Below are positions 25,074 to 38,312 of a DNA stretch of 64,000 bases, one piece after another. The DNA is from Macrostomum lignano (taxonomy: Eukaryota), in contig NIVC01002661.1 of assembly GCA_002269645.1 (NCBI GenBank), positions 62,001 through 126,000 of the forward strand, in the 5' to 3' direction. The position numbers were made by a program, and so were the translations under genes. Each line of letters begins with the position of its first letter. The first letter of the stretch is position 1. The notes under the pieces are model-generated. The model saw only the letters and a list, made by a program, of their open reading frames with translations. It was not told the DNA's origin and searched no databases.

Positions 25074-25343
25074 GGGGTTGTAGCCTATAGTGGTTAGAGT
25101 GTCAGACTCACAACTGAGAGGTCGGGGGTTCGATTCTCGACCCACTCGGAGCGATTTGTGTCCTTGAGTAAGACGCTTAACTCCGCATTGCTTCAGTTCA
25201 CCCAGCTGTAAAATGGGTGCTAGGTTTAGCTGGGGTAATTTAGGATGTGTGGCGACCCCCCAGTCCTTGGACTGAACAGCCGTACGCAGCCTTCAGATGC
25301 GCCGCGCAAGCTGCGGCTGAGCTGTCGGTTGCACATCTGGCCA
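25074..25343 (+). mobile_element. tRNA-derived CORE-like SINE (copy 2)
   Basis: A box TAGCCTATAGTGG, B box GGTTCGATTC, then TGTGTCCTTGAGTAAGACGCTTAAC...CAGCTGTAAAATGGG (25157-25217), resembling the MIR CORE consensus. Confidence 0.85.
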
Positions 25344-27017
25344 TGGGGGCAGGGTTTAATCAAAAATGTTGTCAGAATAAGTTGGGCCAGCTCCAGGATG
25401 GCGCGGCAGTTATAAGATACAAGGACGACTTAAGTGAGACGGGAATTACTTGGTTTCTTTAAAAATATTCGTGGACTGAATGTTCGCGTATAGAAAATTA
25501 TTACAACAAAGGTACGAATTATGCTTTTATCGGAGAGCAGATCAAATGCTTATATTTTAAAACAACATACCTGTTTTACTGCTCAATTGATATTTTTTAA
25601 AGCTTTATTGATAAAAAATATCTATACATGTATACTGCAAATATTTTAAACCATATATTTCTCTTGAGCCGTAAATTTCTAAAATGCCGGAAAATTACAA
25701 TTATTTTGTTAATTTAGTTCAATCATAATCATAATCTTGTTAAAGGATTCAGAAAAACTCAGTTTTTTTCGCCATCTTGGAACCTGAAAGCTCCTTAAAA
25801 ATCATCAAGCTAATTGCGCTCCTGAAAAGATTTCGTAGTCATGGGATGCGCGATGCAATGAGTCACCCATCGGTCCATTCAGGCGTTCAACCGATTCGAG
25901 CGAATTTGACGAGCCGTCGTTCGACCAGCGGCGACAGTCGTGGGAGCGCATCGCAGCAACAAAGCCGCATTGTGCCGCCAGCGACCCGGAAGCGAGCAGC
26001 AGCGGAGCCAGGCGGTTCCTTGTCCGATTGTCAGCCCTGGGCAGCCGGATCTACGAGACCATTCTCAGTCACTTCTGCTTCGTGTTTGCCGAATACGACG
26101 GGCATCGGCGGCCGAGCCACTACAGCAGCAACTATGGCGACGAGATCGATAGCGATTCGGTTGGAGAGAGTTGAATCAACCGCGGTTTCCTCAAGGACAA
26201 CTTATTTAAGCCTTTGGGTAACTTCAAGTGGTCCTTGCGACGGCTGTGCATAAGTCTCATAAGTTTTCTTGTAATCTATAGATTCGATCAGTAGAGAAAT
26301 CTACATTTTGAGGTCAGATGCTTATAAATTCCGCAGGCCCAATCGAACTGATCGCACATACTCGTATTCTGAAATTTTATTTGATTTTCACATCCGCATG
26401 TTACTAGTATAATTTATATTATATTGTATCATTCCACTCATCCTTACATAAATTTCAAAATTCAGTTTTTTTGCATGGCATATGTGACTCATGGTTCTTT
26501 TTAATGCATCGATTTCATATGCTCGTAGATTAAACGTATGTAAATAAACATGCAATTGATTTATACCTTGCATGCTCAAACCAAACAAGAATATGATAAA
26601 AAACGTCATGTCATCATCTTAAGCCAATAAAGATATGACAAAAATGGGGATATGACAGCTGAGGGGGGGCATGACCCCCTTTTGCCCCACCCCTGGATCC
26701 GCCATTATAGCATAGAACAACATGCTAGTTTGACAATGACACCTGCCGGATATTAATCTGAGTGTCCGTCAAAGAGAGAATCAGCTGTCAATGCGAGACA
26801 GTTTACTGCTGATCAATACCATTACAATCAGCAGTACACTGTAGATCGAGAAGAGCAGCAGAATTTTTGCTACTGCATTTTTTACAGAATTTCGCAGGTC
26901 CTACAGGCTACAGTGTAGTCCAGGCCAGAGAGTACATCCATGTATCAAGATCTGTATTATACTTTTACAACAAACGATGGATCTTTGACGACAGAGAGAA
27001 TTCGCGGTAGTCAGATT

Positions 27018-27442
27018 GGGGTGCTTTCAGAAGGTCGAAATTTCACAACATCGAAACTTTAGCAAAGCTAGGACTTCATAAGGTCGAAATTTCACAAGGT
27101 CGAAATTTCACAACGTAGAAAACTCCAATAGCAGCCACTTTCACAAGGTCGGAATTTCACAAGATCGAAATTTCACAACACCGAAAACTCTAATCAGCTC
27201 GAAATTTCACAACGTCCAAAATTTAATATAACAAGAACCATATACAGTAGTTTTCTACGTTGTGAAATTTCGACCTTGAAGTCTCTTGCTAAAGTTTTCG
27301 GTGTTGTGAAATTTCGATCTTGTGAAGTTTCGACCTTGTGAAAATTGCTGCAGCTGTTTAAGTTTTCTACGTTGTGAAATTTCGACCTTGTGAAAGAAGG
27401 TGCTTTCGACGTTGTGAAATTTCGAGTTTGTGAACCGGCCCC
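27018..27442. mobile_element. Foldback/MITE-like element built from inverted arrays of GGTCGAAATTTCACAA
   Basis: Left arm carries direct copies of the motif; right arm carries TTGTGAAATTTCGACC; degenerate GGGG...CCCC termini. Confidence 0.65.
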
Positions 27443-29353
27443 CGTCAGAATGGGCGAAAAGCAGATCTAAACGTCGCGATGCCAATTTATCATTGCGGTT
27501 TTCACAGCAGTATAAAATCTCAACTTTACTTCTTTACATCAGTGAAAAATTTGATTGTGTATAGTTTTTAGCCACCCTGGAGAAATTTATACTTTCAGAA
27601 ACATTAAAATTGTGCTAATTCCACCTGCGGGACCTGATTCCAAACCCGAATAGACAGTATGGAGAAACTTCAAGGGAATTCTTGATTCACCTTTAAACTG
27701 TAGGCTGCGCTTATTTTTTTGTGGTACATTTACATATAAAGACTAAATGGGCTTATATGCAAACTGTGGTGCCTACTCAGAATTTCTGGATTCCGGTGTT
27801 AAATAGGTTGCAAATATTCCTTCATAGAAATACAAAGAACTGAACAAGAAATTTTCATATTTTGGTGTAAAGCCGAAAAATACGCGCACTTCCCGGCTTG
27901 AAAACCAAAAGATACATGTATTAATATAGCTTTACCTGTAAAGTTGGCATTGAAAGCCCAACTAATATATTTTAATGCGCACTTATTTAACAAAAGTAAA
28001 AAGTAAGACTCATGAGAAACCAGCAAGAATATCTTAGACGTGTAACACATGTTTCAATGTGTTTTTACTTGAAAATTCGATCTAAAATCAATTCCCATCC
28101 ATAAGGAAATGACTTCCCTATCCTAAAACCTTTGACTCCCTATATGGTGCCTTAGTGCCTAGTGGTTCTAAGTCATAGTTTGTTTGAAACAACCTAAAAA
28201 TGAAACTTAAATTTGAAATTAGGCCTTTAATACTATTAAAACCCCTATAAAACAAGATTATGATATTTTCAAACTATGACTATTTTATATCTATCTTAGA
28301 CTTAAGTTCACAAAGTTCACAATAAGAATTCTTAGTCCTTATGGTCTATTTTTATATAGGAATTTTAAAATGTTAAGTATATAGTTTTATATACTAATTA
28401 TAATTATAAAATAATTTTTGTAATATAGGCCTAATGCTATGTTAAAACCTAATGAACTGAAATTTAAAATAGAGGCCTAGCTAACCTTGTTATAGCTTAA
28501 TAAAACTATAGTTAAATAACTAAAAAAATAGTTCTTTTTTATTTGTATGAAATAATCTATTGTTACAATCAACCCTCCTCTCTTAATAAAAAATCTTTAA
28601 CCATAATTTAGTAACAAGAAAATAATAGACTTTGGCATACAAATTTGGCATATCTTCTTTAATAAGAAATATAATATTTCATTATGATTAATTTATGTTT
28701 ATAATATTTACATTATCATTATTTTGAAATCTAGAATTAAAAATAGTAAATCATTCCTGTTATAAAATGACATCTGGCTTTAAATTTGAGTTATAGAGTA
28801 GAACAAATTCAAGTGAACAAAACAAACCCAAAGTTGCACTAGGAGCTGTTGGCACCCTGTCTGGTATATCAAGCATATGGATACTATATGTAGACATACA
28901 CACAAGATTTATAGAGGCTTTGACTTTCTAATTGTAGGCCTAATGTAGACACATATGCAACACAAGGGGCCCAGCCCAGCCAAGGTAAGTTGCAAAATGC
29001 TTCCCAAAAAACAGACATGGTACTAACTAGATGACAAAGCATTTGGCATTAATAATATGGTCATAGTTAGGCCTACTCCAGCCATTTACCCAAAAGTACA
29101 TTTATTTTGCCTGCATTTTTTTATAGGTAAGTCAAATTTTTTGTCAAAAAGTAAGTCACATGGCTGGTGTAAATCGGGGGGGGGGGTTGCACATGTATGC
29201 TCAGGCTATGCAGAGTCAAACCAGGGGGTCAATGGGTCGTGGTCTTAGAGTCAGATGCATTCACCATTGAGCTGCTCCAAACACTTGGCTCACCTTACAG
29301 CACAATCCACTGCGCTGGCATCCATTCTCTAATCTGCAAGAAATTAAAGCAAA

Positions 29354-32300
29354 ATGGATCATTTAAAAAACATGCGGAGCCTCATCACCCGACCTCGCAT
29401 TGCCATGCTGGCCAGTGCAGCTATCGCCTACTTAGCAACAGCCTCCATCTGCCTGGCCCTCCTGCTGGCCCTGGCTGGCTACGCTGCTGCAGGCGGCTGG
29501 CGGTTCCTTCGCGTGGCTGCTCTGACCGCGCCACGTGATGCCCGCGGCCTCGTTGTACTACTCCGCACCCGCTGGATGCTGCGCCAAATGATAGCGCGCC
29601 GGCGTGGCATCGCCCAGCTGTTTGGCGCCACTGCGGCTGCAAACAGCCATCGGGTTTGCTTCCTGTATGAGGATCAGAGCTGGACATTTCGGCAGGTGGA
29701 CGAGTACTCGAATAGGGTGAGCTGCCTTACCTGTCAATTGATTTGTATCAGTCAGTTTAAATATTGTTCCTACCGTGAGTGTAAGAATCCCATTTTAATC
29801 GCCTTAAAATTCGGCCGAAATTATTGCCTTAAAGTCCTTAAAATTTGGCTCAATCACCCCGATAATTGCTATCTACAATTGCCTCGGTAATTACCCTAGA
29901 GAGTCGCCCTGATAATCGCTTTAGAGATTCGCCCTGATAATCGCCCTAGAGAATCGCCCTGATAATCGTCATAAACAGTCGCTCTAGTTTTTCGCTCTGA
30001 TAATCGCCCTGATAATCCTCATAAACAGTCGCTCTAGTTTTTCGCTCTGATAATCGCCCTGATAATCGTCATAAACAGTCGCTCTAGATTTTCGCTCTGA
30101 TAATCGCCCTAGAGAGTCGCTTTGATAATCGCCTTAAAGAGTCGCTTTGATAATCGCCTTAAAGAGTCGCTCTGAGAATCGCCATAGAAAATCGCCCTGA
30201 GAATCGCCATAGAGATTCGCCATGAGAATCACCACAGAGAATTGCCATAGAGAATCACCATAGAGAATCGCCATAGAGAATCACCATAGAGAATCGCCAT
30301 AGAGAATCGCCATAGAGAATCACCATAGAGAATCGCCATAGAGAATCACCATAGAGAATCGCCATAGAGAATCGCCATAGAGAATCGCCATAGAGAATCA
30401 CCATAGAAAATCGCCAAAGAGAATCGCCATAGAGAATCACCATAGAGATTTGCCATAGAGAATCACCATAGAGAATCGCCATAGAGAATCGCCATAGAGA
30501 TTCACCATAGAGAATCGCCATAGAAAATCGCCATAGAGATTCGCCCTTCGAATCACCATAGAGAATCGCCATAGAGAATCACCATAGAGAATCGCCATAG
30601 AGATTTGCCATAGAGAATCACCATAGAGATTCACCATAGAGAATCGCCATAAAAAATCGCCCTGAGAATCGCCATAGAGATTCGCCATAGAGAATCACCA
30701 TAGAGAATCGCCATAGAGATTTGCCATAGAGAATCACCATAGAGATTCACCATAGAGATTCACCATAGAGAATCACCATAGAGAATCACCATAGAGATTC
30801 GCCCTTCGAATCACCATAGAGAATCGCCATAGAGAATCACCATAGAGAATCGCCATAGAGAATCACCATAGAGAATCGCGATAGAGAATCACCATAGAGA
30901 TTCACCATAGAGAATCGCCATAGAAAATCGCCCTGAGAATCGCCATAGAGATTCGCCATAGAGAATCACCATAGAGAATCGCCATAGAGATTTGCCATAG
31001 AGATTTGCCATAGAGAATCACCATAGAGAATCACCATAGAGATTCGCCCTTCGAATCACCATAGAGAATCGCCATAGAGAATCACCATAGAGATTCGCCA
31101 TAGAGAATCGCCATAGAGATTGCCATAGAGAATCACCATAGAGAATCACCATAGAGAATCGCCATAGAGAATCACCATAGAGATTCACCATAGAGAATCG
31201 CCATAGAAAATCGCCCTGAGAATCGCCATAGGGATTCGCCATAGAGAATCACCATAGAGAATCGCCATAGAGATTTGCCATAGAGATTTGCCATAGAGAA
31301 TCACCATAGAGATTCACCATAGAGAATCACCATAGAGAATCACCATAGAGATTCGCCCTTCGAATCACCATAGAGAATCGCCATAGAAAATCGCCCTGAG
31401 AATCGCCATAGAGATTCGCCCTTCGAATCACCATAGAGAATCACCATAGAGAATCGCCATAGAGAATCACCATAGAGATTCACCATAGAGAATCGCCATA
31501 GAAAATCGCCCTGAGAATCGCCATAGAGAATCACCATAGAGAATCGCCATAGAGATTTGCCATAGAGATTTGCCATAGAGAATCACCATAGGGATTCACC
31601 ATAGAGATTCACCATAGAGAATCACCATAGAGAATCGCCCTAAACAATTGCGCAGGTGGCCAACCTTCTAATGGAATCCGGCCACCGTCCCGGCCAAGTG
31701 GTGGCCATCCTGGCCGAGTCGCGGCCCCAGTTCGCCTGCCTGTGGCTGGGTGCAGCTAAAGCCGGGGTAGTCAGCGCCCTGATCAACTTCAATCTGCGCG
31801 CCCAGTCTCTGCTGCACTGCCTGCACGCTGCCGACGCGACCAGCCTGATATTCGGCGCTGAGCTGGCGTCCGCGGTGCTGGAGGTGGCGCCAAGCCTGCC
31901 AGCGGGCCTGAGGCTCTACTGCCTGGGCGGTGGCAACGGGGGCCTGTCCAATGCGGCCGATTTGGATGCCAACCTGCTGCGCGCGTCCACTCTGCAACCG
32001 GCCTATCCGGTTAAACAGGGGCCCAATGCTAAGGATCGACTGTTCTATATCTACACCTCGGGTTTGTGGCTTGGTGTTGCTGTCCTTGTTTACTTTGTTA
32101 ATCATTTAGAACAGCTGTTTACCTGGGATCACCGGTATTTTATGATTGAGAACAGCTGTTTACCTGGGATCGCCGGTATTTTATGATTAAGAACAGCTGT
32201 TTACCTGGGATCGCCGGTATTTTATGATTAAGAACAGCTGTTTACCTGGGATCTCCGATTGTTTATGATTGAGAACAGGTGTTTACCTGGGATCAGCGGT

Positions 32301-35300
32301 ATTTTATGATTGAGAACAGCTGTTTACCTGGGATCTCCGATTGTTTATGATTGAGAACAGGTGTTTACCTGGAATCACCGGTATTTTATGATTGAGAACA
32401 GCTGTTTACCTGGGATCTCCGATTGTTTATGATTAACAACAGCTGTTTACCTGGAATCACCGGTATTTTATGATTGAGAACAGCTGTTTACCTGGGATCG
32501 CCGGTATTTTATGATTGAGAACAGCTGTTTACCTGGAATCACCGGTATTTTATGATTGAGAACAGCTGTTTACCTGGGATCTCCGATTGTTTATGATTGA
32601 GAACAGGTGTTTACCTAGAATCACCGGTATTTTATGATTGAGAACAGCTGTTTACCTGGGATCACCGGTATTTTATGATTAGGAACAGCTGTTTACCTGG
32701 AATCACCGGTATTTTATGATTAAGAACAGGTGTTTACCTGAGATCACCGGTATTTTATGATTAAGTACAGCTGTTTACCTGGGATCACCGGTATTTTATG
32801 ATTAAGAACAGCTGTTTACCTGGGATCTCCGATTGTTTATGATTGAGAACAGGTGTTTACCTGGAATCACCGGTATTTTATGATTGAGAACAGCTGTTTA
32901 CCTGGGATCACCGGTATTTTATTATTAAGAATAGCTGTTTACCTGGGATCACCGGTATTTTATGATTGAGAACAGGTATTTACCTTGGATGACCAGTTGT
33001 TTATAATTGAGAACAGGTGTTTATCTGGGATCACCGGAATTTTATGATCGAGAACAGGTATTTACATTGGATGACCAGTTGTTTATGATTGAGAACAGCT
33101 GTTTACCTGGAATCACCGGTATTTTATGATTAAGAACAGGTGTTTACCTGAGATCACCGGTATTTTATGATTGAGAACAGGTGTTTACCTGGGATCACCG
33201 GTATTTTATGATTGAGAACAGCTGTTTACCTGGGATCTCCGATTGTTTATGATTGAGAACAGGTGTTTACCTGGAATCACCGGTATTTTATGATTGAGAA
33301 CAGCTGTTTACCTGGGATCACCGGTATTTTATTATTAAGAATAGCTGTTTACCTGGGATCACCGGTATTTTATGATCGAGAACAGGTATTTACATTGGAT
33401 GACCAGTTGTTTATGATTGAGAACAGATGTTTACCTGGGATCACCGGAATTTTATGTTTTAGAACAGGTGTTTACCTGGCATCACGAGTATTTTATGATT
33501 AACAACAGGTGTTTACCTTGAATCACCGGTAGTTTTTTATTTAGAACAGGTGTTTACCTGGGATCACCGGTATCGTATGATTGAGTACAGGTGTCTACCG
33601 CGTGGGAGCACCGGTATTTTATGATTGAGAACAGGTACTTACCTGGGAGCACCGGTATACATGACTGATATCATATATTTGTAATTTTTGATGCTTTATA
33701 TTTTCTTAAAAATTCTATTACTCTATATTTAGGCACCACCGGCATGCCAAAGGCGGCGGTGATATCGCACCTCAGATTCGCCATGATGTCCAACACAATC
33801 GGCTTGTTCTTCGGCTTGGGCCTGGGCGACATTCTGTACGACTGTCTGCCACTGTACCACACTGCTGGCGGCATTCTGGGCATCGGACAGGTGAGTCGCA
33901 GGGCTTTTTCATTACTCAGGTCCTGTCGCTATTTCTGATCCCATTCCCTAAATTCTGATCCCATTCTGCGATTCCGATCCCATTCCCAAGTTCTGATCCC
34001 ATTTCCGAATTCTGATCCCATTCCTAAATCCTGATCCCATTCCTTGAATTCTGATCCCATTCCTTGAATTCTGATCCCATTCCCTGAATTCTGACCCCAT
34101 TCCCGAATTCTGATCCCATCCCGAATTCTGACCCCATTCCCGAATTCTGACCCCATTCCCGAATTCTGATCCCACTCCCAAATCCCATCCTAAGTTGGAA
34201 TCCCACCCGCCTCCCAGGCGTTCCTCCGCGGCGTGACGGTGGTGATCAAACGGAAATTCTCAGCCTCGGCCTTCTGGGACGACTGCGCCCGCTACCAGTG
34301 CACGGCGGCGCAGTACATCGGCGAGATCTGCCGCTACTTGCTGGCCCAGCCTGCCAAGCAGTCGGACAGGCGGCACCGGGTTCGCGTCATGTTCGGCAAC
34401 GGGCTCCGGCCGCAAATCTGGCGCGAATTTCAGCAGCGATTCGGCGTCGATAAAATGGGCGAATTCTACGGCGCCACGGAGTCCAACTGCAACATGGTGA
34501 ACATTGACAACACGGTTGGCGCTGTGGGATTCCTCAGCCAGATCGCGCCCAGCGTCTACCCGCTCCGGCTGGTCCGGGTCGATCCCGACACTGGCGAGCC
34601 GCTCAGGAACCCGCGGATCAGCTGTGCGTGCCTGCTGGTCCCGGCGAGCCCGGCGAACTCATCGGCAGTGTCGTGCCCGGCGACGCAATCCGCGGCATCG
34701 ATGGCTACGTGTGCAAGCAGGCCACGGAGAAGAAGATGCTGAGAAATGTGCTGCGCCACGGCGATTGCTATTTCTCTACTGGGGACGTGCTGGTCATGGA
34801 CGAGCTGGGCTATATGTACTTTAGGGACAGGACTGGGGATACGTTCCGGTGGAAGGGCGAGAATGTGTCCACCTCTGAGGCGAGTTGCCGCTTTGCTTAC
34901 TGCTTCAGTAGGGGGCGGATTGATACAGACAGTCTAGAGTGAGATGAGATTAAGAGGCTAGAGTGAGATTAAGAGGCTGGAGTGAGATGAGATTAAGAGT
35001 CTAGAGTGAGATTAAGCGGCTAAAGTGAGATTAAGAGGCTGGAGTGAGATTATGAAGCTAGAGTGGGATTAAGAGGCTGGAGTGAGGTAAGAGGCTGGAG
35101 TGAGATTATGATGATAGAGTGAAATGAAAAAAGAGGCTAGAGTGAGATTAAGAGGCTAGTGTGAGATTAAGAGGCTAGTGTGAGATGAGAATAAGTCTGG
35201 AGTGAGATAAGATTACGAGGCCAGATTGAAATGAGAATAAGTCTGGAGTGAGATAAGATTAAGAGGCTAGATTGAGATGAGATTAAGAGGCTGGATTAAG

Positions 35301-36021
35301 GTAAGATTAGGAGGCTAGAGTGAGATGAGATAAGGAGTCTAGAGTGAGATTGAGAGGCTAGAGTGAGATGAGATTAATAGGCTAGAGTGAGATGAAATTA
35401 AGAGGCTAGAGCGAGATGAGATTAAGAGGCTAGAGCGAGATGAGATTAAGAGGCTGGATTGAGATGAGATTAAGAGGCTGGATTGAGATGAGATTAAGAG
35501 GCTAGATTGAGATGAGATTAAGAGGCTAGATTGAGATGAGATTAAGAGGCTAGAGTGAGATGAGACTAAGAGGCTGGAGTGAAGATCCTCACCATTTCTC
35601 CCTAATCCTGACCTCCTGTTCCCGCATGTGCCCCCCCCCCCAGGTGGAGGCCTGCCTGTCCAACGTACTCTCGCTGGCCGACTGCGCTGTCTATGGCGTC
35701 GAGGTGCCCGGCAACGAGGGCCGCGCCGGCATGGCGGCTGTGGCCGATCCCGAGGGCCGCGGTGTTGAAGTGGCCCGGCTGGCCCAGCACCTGCCCCGTC
35801 TGCTGCCAGCCTACGCCAGGCCGCTGTTCCTTCGAATTGTCCGCCACATCGAGGCCACCGGCACCTTCAAGATGAAGAAGACCGAGCTGCGCAAGGACGG
35901 CTTCGATCCCGACAGGTGCTGCGGAGATCCCCTCTACTACCTGTGCTGCCGGTCTGGGCAGTACCTGGCCCTGGATGGGCCTGCATTTGCCGCCATCGCT
36001 AGGGGAGAAATCCGATTCTAG
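29354..36021 (+). CDS. SLC27A1/4: Long-chain fatty acid transport protein / very-long-chain acyl-CoA synthetase; exons 29354-29716, 31656-32061, 33733-33890, 34218-34879, 35644-36021
   Basis: AMP-binding motif [12 protein letters not shown] assembled across intron 2; FATP motifs EFYGATE and TGD...[22 protein letters not shown]. One apparent -1 frameshift at ~34610-34612. Start codon choice is uncertain. Confidence 0.93.
29895..31641. repeat. 13-bp minisatellite AGAATCGCCATAG filling FATP intron 1
   Basis: Direct reading; degenerate units at the 5' end. Confidence 0.95.
32108..33660. repeat. 41-bp minisatellite filling FATP intron 2
   Basis: Unit GAACAGCTGTTTACCTGGGATCACCGGTATTTTATGATTGA. 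Confidence 0.95.
33932..34190. repeat. ~20-bp minisatellite in FATP intron 3
   Basis: Unit TGAATTCTGATCCCATTCCT and variants. Confidence 0.92.
34935..35585. repeat. ~19-24 bp purine-rich minisatellite in FATP intron 4
   Basis: GAGATGAGATTAAGAGGCTAGA variants. Confidence 0.9.
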
Positions 36022-36029
36022 GCGCCTGT

Positions 36030-36800
36030 CACTCCGAGTGGGGACTGGTGGGCCTGTCACTCCGACTGGGGATGTTCTGTCACTCTGATTGAGGACTGTC
36101 TGTCACTCTGATTGAGGACTGTCTGTCACTCTGATTGAGGACTGTCTGTCACTCTGATTGAGGACTGTCTGTCACTCTGATTAAGGACTGTCTGTCACAC
36201 TTTAATTGAGGACTGACTGTCACACTTACTGAGGATTGTCTGTCACACTTACTAAGGATTGTCTGTAACTCTTTGGGATTGCCTGTCGCTCTTGTTGGGG
36301 ATTGCCTGTCACTATTGTTGGGGACTGTCTATCACTCTTGTTGGGGACTGTCTGTCACTCTTATCGGGGATTGCCTGTCACTCTTGTTGGAGACTGTCTA
36401 TAACTCTTGTTGGGGACTGTCTGTCACTCTTATCGGGGATTGTCTATCACTCTTGTTGGGGATTGCCTGTCACTCTTGTTAGGGATTGCCTGTCACTCTT
36501 GTTGGGGAATAGGGGATTGCCTGTCACTCTTGTTGGGGAATAGGGGATTGCCTGTCACTCTTGTTGGGGAATAGGGGATTGCCTGTCACTCTTGTTGGAG
36601 ATTGCCTGTCACTATTGTTGGGGACTGTCTATCACTCTTATCGGGGATTGCCTGTCACTCTTGTTGGAGATTGCCTGTCACTCTTGTTGGGGACTGTCTG
36701 TCACTCTTATCGGGGATTGTCTGTCACTCTTGTTGGAGATTGCCTGTCACTCTTGTTGGGGACTGTCTGTCACTCTTATCGGGGATTGTCTGTCACTCCT
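36030..36800. repeat. 19-23 bp CTGTCACTC-core minisatellite downstream of the FATP stop
   Basis: CTGTCACTCTGATTGAGGA grading into ATTGCCTGTCACTCTTGTTGGGG. Confidence 0.9.
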
Positions 36801-37647
36801 ACTGGTTAATCAAAGAGCTAATTGCAGGTGTCTGGCACTGAGCCAGCCGCCGTGACGATCACATAAGTTTTCCTGCACAGTCTGTGAACAAATTTGTCTC
36901 ATTAATAGAAGTTTCTATTTAGTTCAGGCGTTTCGCCCTCACTCTGTATCCCAGTGTGTGTCCCTCTTAATTATTTACTATGACGCCAAGTAGTTCCAAT
37001 TCTCTCTAATCCTCTTAAATGGTTTTATTACTTGACTTATTTGCTTCATTTTTTATTTAAAATGCAGTTTAGTTTAAACTTTTTTCAGTTAGCCACTGTC
37101 TTTCATTGTGTTAGAATCCCTGTAGCTGACCTACTATGTTCACTGAGTAATTCGATCATTAGTACAGGCAAATATGAGAATATTTATCAATTGACCATGT
37201 GCCTACAGTTTCCTTATGATTGGCCTTTTTTAATTTGTTATCATATTGTAGTAGCCTTTGATTTTTTTAATTTTCTGTTATTGGCGTCACTGTTTTTCTA
37301 GCTTTTTTGTTTGTTAATAACAAGATTACCTTGCGCAGCTGCAGACCATTCCTTCGCATTATTTAGCATGGAATATATAAATATAGCCGTGAGCTGTTGC
37401 GTCTGAACAACTGACTGACTTTATAATCAGTTTCATTTCTGCTTATTGTTTTGTGTAATTTCCTGTCAGTTAAAATATGTTTTCAAAATTATATTAACAA
37501 AACTGTTGGGTAGGAATACAAATTGCTTTGACTGAAATTAATACTTCAACAATGGTTTGTCACGATTTCGCTTTGATAAACTGTTTGCTGGCAATTTGGC
37601 TTTCAAGTTCTTTTTTAGGACTGGCAACGGGGTCTATTTGATGTTTC

Positions 37648-38061
37648 CATGTCTGTCTGTCTGTCTCTTTGTGTCTGTCTGTCTGTTTGTCTGTCTCTTG
37701 GTGTCTGTCTGTCTTTCTGTCTGTCTGTCTGTCTATCTGTCTGTCTGTCTCTTTGTGTCTGTCTGTCTGTCTGCCTGCCTGTCTGCCTATCTGTCTGTCT
37801 GTCTCTTTGTGTCTGCCTGCCTGTCTGCCTATCTGTCTGTCTGTCTCTTTGTGTCTGCCTGCCTGCCTGCCTGTCTGTCTGTCTGTCTGTCTGTCTGCCT
37901 GCCTGTCTGCCTATCTGTCTGTCTGTCTCTTTGTGTCTGCCTGCCTGTCTGCCTATCTGTCTGTCTGTCTCTTTGTGTCTGCCTGCCTGCCTGCCTGTCT
38001 GTCTGTCTGTCTGCCTGTCTGTCTGTCTGTCTCTTTGTGTCTGTCTGTCTGTCTGCCTGCC

Positions 38062-38092
<31 letters not shown>

Positions 38093-38197
38093 TTGTGTCT
38101 ACCTGTCTGTCTATCTGTCTCTTTGTGTCTGCCTGTCTGTCTGTCTGTCTCTTTGTGTCTGCCTGCCTGCCTGTCTGTCTGTCTGTCTGCCTGTCTA

Positions 38198-38234
<37 letters not shown>

Positions 38235-38312
38235 TTGTGTCTGCCTGTCTGTCTGTCTGTCTGTCTCTTTGTGTCTGTCTGTCTGCCTGTGTGTCTGTCT
38301 GTCTGTCTCTCT
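37648..38312. repeat. Compound (TGTC)n/(TGCC)n microsatellite
   Basis: Direct reading. Confidence 0.97.

Noticed and set aside
25074-25145. Possible tRNA-Val gene
   Set aside because: The anticodon and acceptor stems are imperfect, there is no T-run terminator, and it continues into a CORE-like body with a second diverged copy, so it is a SINE head.
25250-25343. Possible hammerhead ribozyme in the SINE 3' hairpins
   Set aside because: The CTGATGA and GAAA catalytic core motifs are not present.
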